From contig OZ244905.1 in assembly GCA_965221695.1 (NCBI GenBank), positions 3,008,001 to 3,072,000 of the forward strand: a DNA stretch of 64,000 nucleotides, given 5' to 3'. The position numbers and the translations under genes were made by a program. Below are positions 8,515-17,448 of this stretch, piece after piece. The stretch comes from Gammaproteobacteria bacterium (GTDB taxonomy: Bacteria; Pseudomonadota; Gammaproteobacteria; Eutrophobiales; Eutrophobiaceae). Every line of letters begins with the position of its first letter. The first letter of the stretch is position 1. The notes under the pieces are model-generated. The model was not told the DNA's origin. It saw only the letters and a program-made list of their open reading frames with translations, and did not search any database.

Positions 8515-10050
8515 ATGACAAACGATAACAAAGCGCGCGCAGAGTCACACCGTATCGGCGTTGTCGGGGCCGGGGTTATGGGCCGGGGAATTGCCCAGTT
8601 GTTTCTGCAATCCGGGTACCCGGTGCGGCTGTATGATGCCCAGGCCGGCGCCTTGGACAGCGCGGCCGAATTCATCAGCAAAATGGCGCTACGCCAGGTT
8701 GACAAGGGCCGGCATACGCAGGATCAGGCGGACGCGATGCTTGCCCGCCTCAAGCTGTGCCGCGCGCCGGCTGAACTGGCTTCCTGCCGGGTTGTTATCG
8801 AAGCGGTCGTGGAACTGGCGGATGTCAAGAAGCAGTTATTTGCGGAACTGGAAAAAATCGTCTCCGCTGACGCGATCCTGGCGAGTAACACATCTTCGTT
8901 GCTGGTGTCTGACATCGCCGCGGCTTGTGATCGGCCGCAGCGGGTCGCGGGGCTGCATTTCTTCAACCCGGTTCCGCTGATGCGGGTGGTCGAGGTGATC
9001 CCCGCGGCGCTGACTGAAGCGACTGTTATCAAAGAGCTTTGCGCGCTCGTTGCCGCAACCGGTCACCGCGCTGTGGTCGCCGCGGACCAGCCCGGGTTCC
9101 TGGTGAACCATGCGGGCCGCGGCTTTGTCACAGAGGGGTTGCGCATCCTGGAAGAGGGCGTCGCGCAGCCTGCGGACATCGACCGAGTGATGCGCGAGGC
9201 CATGGGCTTTCGGATGGGGCCGTTTGAGCTGCTGGACCTGACCGGGCTGGATGTGTCCGGCAAGGTGATGCAATCCGTGTATGACCAGTTTCTGCAGGAG
9301 CCTATGTATCGGCCCTCGTCCCTGGTCCCGCCGAGAATGGCGGCGGGTCTGTTCGGGCGCAAAACCGGGCATGGTTTTTACCGTTACGAGGAAGGCCGGA
9401 AAATCGAGCCGGAGCAGGCGCCGCCGCCGCCGGTCAGCCTCACCAGGGTCTGGCTGGAAGACGCTGTTACTGATGCAGGCCGGCAACTGGCAGAGCAACT
9501 GAAGGTCGCCGGCGCGCAGCTCACGAACGCGCCGGCCGGCGCCGACACGATGATCGTGTTCCAGCCCTGGGGCGGCGATGTCAGCCAATCCTGCGCCGGA
9601 CAGGGCCTGGACCCAACCCGCAGCGTGGCTGTGGACCCGCTGCCCGAAGCCGGCGCGCGCCGTACCCTGATGCTGTCTCCACTGACCGCGCCGGCAGTGC
9701 GTGACAGCATGCATGGCCTGCTCGCGGCCGTAGCGCCGGTTACCGTGATCAACGACAGTCCGGGTTTTATCTGCCAGCGCATCCTGGCCGTGATCGTGAA
9801 TATCGCTGCCAATATTGCCCAGCGCCGCATCGCCTCCGTGCCCGACATAGAGGACGCCGTGACCCTGGGCCTGGGCTACCCGCATGGCCCGTTGTCCTGG
9901 GGAGACAGGGTAGGCGGAGAGCGAATCGCGCAAATTCTGGACAACCTGTTTGATTTGACCCGCGACCCGCGCTACCGTCTCAGCCCCTGGCTGAGAAGGC
10001 GGGCGCTGTGCGGCGTGTCGCTGCTGACCGAAGAAACCGAACGCTATTGA
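8515..10050 (+). CDS. 3-hydroxyacyl-CoA dehydrogenase (PaaH-like, duplicated C-terminal domain)
   Basis: GVVGAGVMGRGIAQ, ASNTSS, GLHFFNPVPLM, FRMGPFELLDLTGLD; ATG 8515 chosen because the longer ORF overlaps cofE. Confidence 0.9.
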   Translation: MTNDNKARAESHRIGVVGAGVMGRGIAQLFLQSGYPVRLYDAQAGALDSAAEFISKMALRQVDKGRHTQDQADAMLARLKLCRAPAELASCRVVIEAVVELADVKKQLFAELEKIVSADAILASNTSSLLVSDIAAACDRPQRVAGLHFFNPVPLMRVVEVIPAALTEATVIKELCALVAATGHRAVVAADQPGFLVNHAGRGFVTEGLRILEEGVAQPADIDRVMREAMGFRMGPFELLDLTGLDVSGKVMQSVYDQFLQEPMYRPSSLVPPRMAAGLFGRKTGHGFYRYEEGRKIEPEQAPPPPVSLTRVWLEDAVTDAGRQLAEQLKVAGAQLTNAPAGADTMIVFQPWGGDVSQSCAGQGLDPTRSVAVDPLPEAGARRTLMLSPLTAPAVRDSMHGLLAAVAPVTVINDSPGFICQRILAVIVNIAANIAQRRIASVPDIEDAVTLGLGYPHGPLSWGDRVGGERIAQILDNLFDLTRDPRYRLSPWLRRRALCGVSLLTEETERY

Positions 10051-10059
10051 GACGTAACA

Positions 10060-11484
10060 ATGACCAATAAAGTAATCACCCGCTTCGCGCCCAGTCCCAC
10101 CGGGTTCCTGCACATCGGCGGCATTCGCACGGCCTTGTTTTCCTGGCTTTACGCCCGCGGTCACGCCGGCGAGTTCCTGCTGCGAATAGAAGACACCGAC
10201 CGCGAGCGCAGTACCGATGCGGCTGTCAAGGTCATCCTGGAAGGGATGAAATGGCTCGGATTGGACCATGATCGAGAGATCGCCTACCAGTCGGCGCGTA
10301 GTGAAAAATATCAGGCAGCGATCCGGGAGTTGCTGGATAGGGGTCGGGCCTATTATTGTTTCTGTAGCAAGGAAGAACTGGAAGCCATGCGCACGGAGGC
10401 TATGAGCAAGGGCGAGAAACCCAGGTATAACGGTAAATACCGTGACCTGGGCCGACTGCCGGGGCCGGGCGAGACGCCGGTGGTGCGTTTCAAAAACCCA
10501 CTGGACGGCGAGGTGGTCATTGACGATTTCATCCAGGGTCAGGTGGCGATCAGCAACACGGAACTGGATGATTTGATTCTGGCCCGTTCCGACGGTTCGC
10601 CTACCTACAACCTGAGTGTCGTGGTGGACGATGCGGATATGGGTATCACCCACGTGATACGCGGGGACGACCACCTCAACAATACGCCCAGGCAAGTCAA
10701 CATCTTCAATGCCTTGGACATCACTGCGCCGAAGTATGCCCATATTCCCCTGATCCTGGACCCGGATGGCAAAAAACTGTCCAAGCGCCATGGCGCCGCA
10801 AGCGTGCTGGAGTACCGCGAACAGGGCTACCTGCCCGAAGCCGTGTTGAATTACCTGGTGAGGTTGGGCTGGTCGCATGGCGACCAGGAGCTTTTCAGTC
10901 TGGACGAAATGGTTGAGCTGTTTGACATAGCCCGGGTCAACAAGGCTGCGGCCGCGCTGAACCCGGACAAACTGGCCTGGCTGAACCAGCATTATCTGAG
11001 GGAAAGCGACGCGCAGCGGATTGCCTGCCTGCTTAAGGCAAAACTGGTTGAGCTTGGTGTTGACGTATCCGCCCCCCCCGATCTCAAGGATGTGGCCGAA
11101 GTGCAGAAGGCGCGCGTGAAAACAATAACGGAGATGGCCGAGCAGAGTCGTTTCTTTTATGAAGAGTTTGAGCAATACGATGAGACGGCCGCGAAAAAAC
11201 ACCTGCGCCCGGTGGCGTTCGAGCCGCTGCGACAGGTCAGAGACGCGTTAGCCGAACTGGCTGACTGGGACCAGGATGCCTTGCACGCGGCCATCGATGC
11301 CGTGGCGCAGCAACAGTCGATGAAATTCGGGAAAATCGCCCAGCCACTGCGCGTGGCGGTAACCGGCGGCGCAGTCTCGCCCTCCATCGACATCACCCTG
11401 GCGCTGCTGGGCCGCGCCAGGACTTTATCCCGGCTCGAGCGCGCGCTAAAACTGATTGAACGCAGGATGGATGCGAGCGAGTGA
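10060..11484 (+). CDS. gltX: glutamate--tRNA ligase
   Basis: TRFAPSPTGFLHIGG, LRIEDTD, THVIRGDDHL, KLSKRHGA. Confidence 0.97.
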   Translation: MTNKVITRFAPSPTGFLHIGGIRTALFSWLYARGHAGEFLLRIEDTDRERSTDAAVKVILEGMKWLGLDHDREIAYQSARSEKYQAAIRELLDRGRAYYCFCSKEELEAMRTEAMSKGEKPRYNGKYRDLGRLPGPGETPVVRFKNPLDGEVVIDDFIQGQVAISNTELDDLILARSDGSPTYNLSVVVDDADMGITHVIRGDDHLNNTPRQVNIFNALDITAPKYAHIPLILDPDGKKLSKRHGAASVLEYREQGYLPEAVLNYLVRLGWSHGDQELFSLDEMVELFDIARVNKAAAALNPDKLAWLNQHYLRESDAQRIACLLKAKLVELGVDVSAPPDLKDVAEVQKARVKTITEMAEQSRFFYEEFEQYDETAAKKHLRPVAFEPLRQVRDALAELADWDQDALHAAIDAVAQQQSMKFGKIAQPLRVAVTGGAVSPSIDITLALLGRARTLSRLERALKLIERRMDASE

Positions 11485-11556
11485 TATGGGCCGCAACAAG
11501 CTGTTGACGGCGCGCCGGCATAAGGGCGGCAACCGGATTAATTACCGTCCTGATAG

Positions 11557-11597
11557 TTTTAAGGAAACTCTGAGATTAAGTCAGAGCTTCCTTAAAA
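11557..11597. repeat. short palindromic element, family B
   Basis: TTTTAAGGAAACTCTGA-GATTAAG-TCAGAGCTTCCTTAAAA; includes the TAA stop of the hydrolase gene. Confidence 0.85.
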
Positions 11598-13664
11598 TTC
11601 CTGTTGTACAGCCTGCGTAACAATAGTGTCCCTGTCGCGTGGCAACAGATACCTATTCCTGACCAGTTCATTTGCGCTGTGATTCACCTTTGCTACCCAT
11701 TGTTCATGGCTTCCGTACCTTTCTTCCAGTGAAAGCCGCGGATCACCTGTTTCCAGGCGCGTTTTCCTGGTATCTGACAAAGGCGCCCATGAACCAAGGT
11801 TTTCGGCAAGGTCATTCTCTGCGTGCCCGGCTGCCCTCGGATTCCAACCGGTATAGGTACCAATCGGATTGGCCACTCTCGGTAACCGGATACCGGGAAT
11901 TTCATTACCGTCCTCGTCAATCGCAGAAAATAATATGGTATAAGGCCTTCCAAGCCTGTAAGGGTTTAACGGATCATCGCTCAGGACATAATCTGTTTGC
12001 CTAATTGCATTATAGTTTGCCGTGAAGGTGAAACCGGGAACAGGTGATGGAAATCCGTCGACGATATGACTCATCGGCGCCAGGGTGTTGTCGCTGATCT
12101 TTCCATAACTCGATACAGGAGGGGGACTGTTATCCGCGATCCAGTGATCAAGCGCCAGTAGCAAGGCTCTTTGCACCGGGCGGATATCCACCGGGTTGGA
12201 GAGGTTCTTGACTTCCACACCGCGCTGTCCCGGACGCCGTGCCGAAGTAGCGCTGAGATCCCTGAAGTTAAAAGGGATATGCGACGATGAGGCCAGCCAG
12301 TAAACACGGACATTATCCGGCAAAACAAGGTCTTCCCGGCCCAGCGGATCTGTGACGACCAGCGACGCCCGCCGACTCCTGATTTCGGTGCCCGTATCCA
12401 CATGCATGATCTTCGGGCATGTCTCGCTTATGCTGCACTTGTTTAATATACCATCCGATCTGCCGGTGATCGGATCGTGGATGACACCATAGGTAAAAGG
12501 AAACTGGTCACCCGGTTGCAGGTGCCACCGATGTTGAGTTGTGTAGTTTCCGGGTTTGGCAAAACGCCAATTGATATAACTCCTGGCCGCGCCCGATGCC
12601 GAGGGCATGGCTCCCTCAAATACCATCCGGCCCTTTTCATCCTCATTGAAACCTTGATAAATAAAATCCTTTATCATCCTGCCGGATTGCGAGTAGCCAA
12701 AAATCAATGCCCGGTTTATCCCCATTGCACTTGCCGGGTTCTGTTGAGTGTCATCATGACGCAGAAAAGAAACCAGGTCTCTTATGCCCGCAAAGCCGAT
12801 ACCGAAGATGCCATTCTCGTCTATGACATTCCCGTCACTCCCTTTTATCCTGGTAATGTCGAACGCAGGATAGATAAATTCATAAATTGCGCCGGAATCA
12901 AAACCCGCAGGCCTGTTTATTTTCAGGGTTTCATCGTTTTCATAGGAGAAGTGCAAATCCCCCGGTATTTTCCTGGCATCTGCTTCAAACTGGCGTACCG
13001 TCAGTGTTGCCCGGCCGGCATCCTGATCGGCCACAGGATGCGGTAGTTTCGCGATAAACACTGGCTCTGTCCCGGTATCGGAAAATTCAACCAGGTTCAT
13101 GCCCTCAAGAGGTTTGTTATCTGTCAATGCGACAGGAAAGTCTGCTACCAGAACTCCATCAGCGGGTTGAATACTGCCGTCCCAGGCGCTCCAGACGAAC
13201 GTAAAACCTTCTTTCATAACCAGACCATCGCCAACGTCTTCAATGGCCAATTGATTTGACGCAAAGCGATATTCCTGGTTCCAGTTGAAAAAATAAAGAT
13301 CCAAAAAACGGCTGCGATTGGTCACAGAATAGACCAGCGAGCCATTACCACCCTGCTCCGGAGTCATCATGACTACATCCACGTTGTATTTGACCCGGCC
13401 ATCCTGATCGACGGGCGCTTTGTCCAAATCAACAATGACCTTGTTGCGCGCATCCGAGGGATCCAGCAACCCGGTCGCAACACCTCGAATCTCAAAGTAC
13501 CGCCCCCATTCTCCGAAGGCCTTTCCGCCGAACGCAGGCGTTACCTTCGTCACTGAGAAATTCACAATCTCCCCGTTTACTGGAGTACTGGCACAGAGTA
13601 CTAACAGGAGCAGTAAAATAGGGAGAAGGCAATACTGCTGCTGGTGTTTTTTCGCAATATTCAC
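11592..13664 (-). CDS. secreted alpha/beta-hydrolase-domain protein
   Basis: Signal peptide; GYSQSGR nucleophile motif; GIGFAGIRDLVSFLR and GDPRLSLEERY motifs of this long hydrolase family. Confidence 0.75.
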   Translation of the reverse strand: MNIAKKHQQQYCLLPILLLLLVLCASTPVNGEIVNFSVTKVTPAFGGKAFGEWGRYFEIRGVATGLLDPSDARNKVIVDLDKAPVDQDGRVKYNVDVVMMTPEQGGNGSLVYSVTNRSRFLDLYFFNWNQEYRFASNQLAIEDVGDGLVMKEGFTFVWSAWDGSIQPADGVLVADFPVALTDNKPLEGMNLVEFSDTGTEPVFIAKLPHPVADQDAGRATLTVRQFEADARKIPGDLHFSYENDETLKINRPAGFDSGAIYEFIYPAFDITRIKGSDGNVIDENGIFGIGFAGIRDLVSFLRHDDTQQNPASAMGINRALIFGYSQSGRMIKDFIYQGFNEDEKGRMVFEGAMPSASGAARSYINWRFAKPGNYTTQHRWHLQPGDQFPFTYGVIHDPITGRSDGILNKCSISETCPKIMHVDTGTEIRSRRASLVVTDPLGREDLVLPDNVRVYWLASSSHIPFNFRDLSATSARRPGQRGVEVKNLSNPVDIRPVQRALLLALDHWIADNSPPPVSSYGKISDNTLAPMSHIVDGFPSPVPGFTFTANYNAIRQTDYVLSDDPLNPYRLGRPYTILFSAIDEDGNEIPGIRLPRVANPIGTYTGWNPRAAGHAENDLAENLGSWAPLSDTRKTRLETGDPRLSLEERYGSHEQWVAKVNHSANELVRNRYLLPRDRDTIVTQAVQQEF

Positions 13665-13908
13665 TCTTCGGTGTTCCTTATCGCCATTTTTAATGCAATT
13701 TTTCTCGTGCCCGTATGGGTTTGTTCGATATGATTATGACACAGGCACAATTTGCATTACAGGACCTTTGTCTCACCGGCCAGGGGCGCTGGTGGCAAAC
13801 CCAACAACCGAGCTTGACTCCACCCCCGCGATTCAATATATTCAGCAAAGAGCTATTCCGACAGGAAGAGCACATTCCACAGTAGATAGTTATAAGGGAG
13901 GACATGTA

Positions 13909-14241
13909 ATGTCAAATGAATTGATCGCCATCTTTGGAGTGGCCGCCACCCTGGCCGGCCTCATTATATACGGTCAGTACAACACGAAGTCGGATATACA
14001 GAATCTCCGCTCGGATATGCGGGCTGAATTCAAGGCAGTGCGTGAAGAAACACAGGCGGAATTCAACATTCACCTGGCAGCGATAAACGGGTTACGGGAA
14101 GATGTGAGTCAGTTATATGTGCGGGTGGCGCGCCAGGAAGGACTGATGGATGGCCTGCGCGAGGCTATCGTCGGGCTTCGGGATGCTCTCACCGGCACGC
14201 CCGATAGGGTTGCTGGTCCGGGCGCCCGCCCGCCAGCCTGA
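13909..14241 (+). CDS. small membrane-anchored coiled-coil protein
   Basis: RBS AAGGGAGG before ATG 13909; N-terminal TM (LIAIFGVAATLAGLII) followed by heptads (IQNLRSDMRAEF..LREDV). Confidence 0.7.
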   Translation: MSNELIAIFGVAATLAGLIIYGQYNTKSDIQNLRSDMRAEFKAVREETQAEFNIHLAAINGLREDVSQLYVRVARQEGLMDGLREAIVGLRDALTGTPDRVAGPGARPPA

Positions 14242-14270
14242 CGCGGGTGAGACGGTCGCGCTCCCGGCGG
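14239..14270 (-). repeat. REP-like palindrome, family A
   Basis: Reverse complement CCGCCGGGAGCGCGACCGTCTCACCCGCGTCA matches 3577-3608; its end provides the TGA of the coiled-coil gene. Confidence 0.7.
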
Positions 14271-14289
14271 TAATTGTAACAGCAGCAGC

Positions 14290-14317
14290 TTGACAATCGG
14301 GCGGTACGGAGTATACT
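14290..14317 (+). promoter_or_regulatory. sigma70 promoter of the tRNA-Ala/tRNA-Glu operon
   Basis: TTGACA-16 bp-TATACT followed by GC-rich discriminator GCCGACC, typical of stable-RNA promoters. Confidence 0.8.
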
Positions 14318-14357
14318 GCCGACCGGTACACTCGGTTTTATATCACAACTTCGCAGA

Positions 14358-14433
<76 letters not shown>

Positions 14434-14444
14434 GGTTCTTATCT

Positions 14445-14520
14445 GTCCCCTTCGTCTAGAGGCCTAGGACACCGCCCTTTCACGGCGGCGACAGGGGTTC
14501 GACTCCCCTAGGGGACGCCA
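14445..14520 (+). tRNA. tRNA-Glu(TTC)
   Basis: GTCCCCTTCGTCTAG...CCGCC-CTTTCAC-GGCGG...GGGGACGCCA; 76 nt. Confidence 0.97.
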
Positions 14521-14944
14521 AAAATGCCGGCTTGCTCACTTTCAACAGGTTTCGCACGAAATGTGAGTAAGCCCCCAGGCCCAACGGCGCATCCATGCCG
14601 ATCATTTCAGTGTCCGGGCCGGTGGTCAGTTCAGTATCATGCTCGCGTCGGATCTTTACCCATGCCAGGCGCGCTTCCCAATGGTAGTCCTCGGTGCGAG
14701 TGGTTTCGAGGATCACCTCCCAAGCCCGCTTGGGGAGAGGGTCTGGCGCTGCGTTACGCCGGATCACGCGTCCTGGGCTGCGCTTATCCAACTCGTCTGC
14801 GAGCGCTTCGCACAAGTTTGTGACGACGGCCGGGTTGGTGTCCGGCGCGCCATGGCAGGACAATAACAACGGCGATTTATCCGCCCAGGCGCCGGATGCG
14901 GCTGCCCCGGCGATAACAAGCACAACAGGGAATCTGCAACGCAT
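14480..14944 (-). CDS. hypothetical secreted protein; C-terminus overlaps tRNA-Glu antisense
   Basis: Signal peptide (VVLVIAGAAASGAWA), two Cys in the mature part, fills an otherwise empty gap; no clear RBS. Confidence 0.5.
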   Translation of the reverse strand: MRCRFPVVLVIAGAAASGAWADKSPLLLSCHGAPDTNPAVVTNLCEALADELDKRSPGRVIRRNAAPDPLPKRAWEVILETTRTEDYHWEARLAWVKIRREHDTELTTGPDTEMIGMDAPLGLGAYSHFVRNLLKVSKPAFLASPRGVEPLSPP

Positions 14945-15062
14945 GGAAATCAGCGGGTCGGAAGATGAAGTTTGTCAAGCATACTACAGGCCCTTCCATG
15001 AAGCCAATGGCGTTTTCCTGTAAAATAAGTTCATTTTATGTATTTAACCCGGATATTGCACC

Positions 15063-16082
15063 ATGGGAATACTTGTTACCGGTTGCGCCGGGTTTATCGG
15101 CGCGGCGTTGTCCAGGCGGTTGCTTGAGCGGGGGGATGACGTTATCGGGATCGATAACCTGAATGATTATTACGATCCCGGGTTGAAGCAGGACAGGCTG
15201 GGTTTACTGCAGGATTTTGACAACTTCCGTTTCAGGAAAGCGGATATCTCGGACACGGCGGGTATGGCAGACCTGTTTCGTGAGGTTGCGCCCGATCGGG
15301 TAGCGCACCTGGCCGCGCAAGCGGGGGTGCGTTATTCCATTACCCATCCACATAGTTATACCCGCGCCAATATCGAGGGTTTCCTGAACATACTCGAAGG
15401 TTGCCGAGCGGTGGGCGTGGAACACCTGGTGTATGCGTCGTCCAGTTCGGTGTACGGCGCAAGTGGGAAGTTGCCGTATGCGGAAGCGGATGAGGCGTCC
15501 CATCCGGTTTCTCTATACGGCGCGACCAAGCGCGCCAACGAATTGATGGCGCACAGTTACAGTTGTTTGTACAACATCCCTGTGACCGGTCTGCGTTATT
15601 TTACCGTCTACGGTCCCTGGGGAAGGCCGGACATGTCGCCCATGCTGTTCGCCGGGAAGCTCTACGCCGGCGAACCACTGCAGGTGTTCAACCGGGGGCA
15701 GCACCGCAGGGATTTTACTTATATCGACGATGTGGTGGAGGCGACGCTGAGAATAACAGATCGCCCCCCGGATAAGGATGAAGACTGGGATGCGACCCGG
15801 CCTGATCCGGCATCCGGGCCGGCAAGATACCGGATTTACAACATCGGCAACCAGCACGCGGTCAACCTGATGGATTTCATCAGGACTCTGGAGCTGGCGA
15901 CCGGCAGCAAAGCCGTGATCGAATACACCGGCGCGCAACCCGGTGATGTGCGGGATACGCTTTCGGACTCGTCGATGTTGCGGGAAGAATTTGATTTTGT
16001 CCCCGGTGTGTCCCTGGAACAGGGAATAATACGGTTTGTTGACTGGTATAAGCGTTATTACAACATTGATTGCAAGAGATAG
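15063..16082 (+). CDS. UDP-glucuronate 4-epimerase-like NAD-dependent epimerase
   Basis: LVTGCAGFIG, HLAAQAGVRYS, YASSSSVYG, YGATK, FTVYGPWGRPDM. Confidence 0.9.
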   Translation: MGILVTGCAGFIGAALSRRLLERGDDVIGIDNLNDYYDPGLKQDRLGLLQDFDNFRFRKADISDTAGMADLFREVAPDRVAHLAAQAGVRYSITHPHSYTRANIEGFLNILEGCRAVGVEHLVYASSSSVYGASGKLPYAEADEASHPVSLYGATKRANELMAHSYSCLYNIPVTGLRYFTVYGPWGRPDMSPMLFAGKLYAGEPLQVFNRGQHRRDFTYIDDVVEATLRITDRPPDKDEDWDATRPDPASGPARYRIYNIGNQHAVNLMDFIRTLELATGSKAVIEYTGAQPGDVRDTLSDSSMLREEFDFVPGVSLEQGIIRFVDWYKRYYNIDCKR

Positions 16083-16109
16083 GACTATGACATTCGAGGG
16101 CAAACTGTC

Positions 16110-17414
16110 GTGAACGTTGCTATGGTAGGCGCCGGCTATGTCGGGCTGGTTTCAGGGGCCTGTTTTGCGGAGTTCGGCGCTAATGTCTTATGTATTGATG
16201 TTGATACAGACAGGATTGCTCAGCTCAAACAGGGCGTCATTCCTATCTATGAACCCGGCTTGACGGAACTGATCAGTAAAAACACAGGGCAAGGCAAGTT
16301 GTCGTTCCACGAAAATTATGGGGAAGCGCTGGCGAACTGTGATTTGATATTTATCGCAGTCGGCACTCCAGCCCGGCGTGGCGACGGCCATGCAGATTTA
16401 AAGTACGTGTACCAGGCAGCGGAAAATATCGCCCCATACTTACGCGGCTACACAGTGGTAGTCGACAAGTCCACCGTCCCGGTGGGCACAGCCGGCAATG
16501 TAAAGCGTATTATTGCTGAAAAGAACCCAGCCGCCGAATTTGATGTGGCCTCCAATCCCGAATTTTTACGCGAAGGCGCGGCGTTGACTGACTTCATGCG
16601 CCCTGATCGGGTGGTCATCGGAGTGGAAACAAAGCGGGCCGAAGAGGCGCTGCGCGAGCTGTATCGCCCTCTTAATCTCATTGAGACGCCTATGCTGGTG
16701 ACCAACTTGGAATCTGCAGAGTTGATCAAGTATGCAGCCAATGCGTTTCTGGCTACGAAGATCAGTTTTATCAATGAAATCTCCGCGTTGTGCGAAGTGG
16801 TCAACGCGGATGTGCACGCGGTCGCCAAAGGCATAGGCCTGGACGGTCGCATAGGCAGAAAATTTCTGCATCCAGGCCCGGGTTATGGTGGCTCCTGTTT
16901 TCCCAAGGATACCCGGGCGCTGGTGAGGATAGCAGAGGAAAACAATGTGACCAGCCGCATCGTCGAGGCGGTGATGGAAGTGAACGACGCGCAGAAGGCG
17001 CGTATGATCGGTAAAATTCGCAATGCTCTGGGTGGCAACGAAAGCGGGAAGACCTTAGCGATACTGGGTCTGGCCTTCAAACCGGAAACCGACGATATGC
17101 GGGATGCGCCGGCGCTGTCCATTCTGCCCAAGCTGGTCGAGAATGGCGCCAGAATACAAGCGCATGACCCGCAGGCGATGGCTGAAGCAAAACCCCTGTT
17201 GCCGGAATCCGTGATATATTTTGATGATCCCTACGCCGCATTAGCCGGCGCGGATGCGGCCGTACTGATGACCGAATGGAATGCTTACCGTGGTATGGAC
17301 TTGGACAGGATAAAAAAAACCATGCAAGGAGATGTATTCATAGACCTGCGCAACGTTTATGAGCCTGAACAGATGCGCGCTGCCGGCTTAAACTATACTT
17401 GTGTCGGCCGTTAA
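16110..17414 (+). CDS. ugd: UDP-glucose 6-dehydrogenase
   Basis: GAGYVGL, KSTVPVG, SNPEFLREG, GYGGSCFPKD, GLAFKP.TDDMR. Confidence 0.95.
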   Translation: MNVAMVGAGYVGLVSGACFAEFGANVLCIDVDTDRIAQLKQGVIPIYEPGLTELISKNTGQGKLSFHENYGEALANCDLIFIAVGTPARRGDGHADLKYVYQAAENIAPYLRGYTVVVDKSTVPVGTAGNVKRIIAEKNPAAEFDVASNPEFLREGAALTDFMRPDRVVIGVETKRAEEALRELYRPLNLIETPMLVTNLESAELIKYAANAFLATKISFINEISALCEVVNADVHAVAKGIGLDGRIGRKFLHPGPGYGGSCFPKDTRALVRIAEENNVTSRIVEAVMEVNDAQKARMIGKIRNALGGNESGKTLAILGLAFKPETDDMRDAPALSILPKLVENGARIQAHDPQAMAEAKPLLPESVIYFDDPYAALAGADAAVLMTEWNAYRGMDLDRIKKTMQGDVFIDLRNVYEPEQMRAAGLNYTCVGR

Positions 17415-17448
17415 GGAATCTCTGACTTAATCTCAGACGTTCCCTTAG
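17411..17448. repeat. short palindromic element, family B
   Basis: TTAAGGAATCTCTGA-CTTAATC-TCAGACGTTCCCTTAG; spans the whole gap, its two ends being the stop codons of both convergent genes. Confidence 0.85.

Noticed and set aside
8836-11202. 788-aa minus-strand ORF
   Set aside because: Antisense shadow of the dehydrogenase and gltX in GC-rich DNA; no recognisable motifs. The same applies to most other overlapping ORFs in the track.
13420-13908. Long N-terminal extension of the coiled-coil ORF
   Set aside because: Overlaps the hydrolase gene; a strong RBS precedes ATG 13909.
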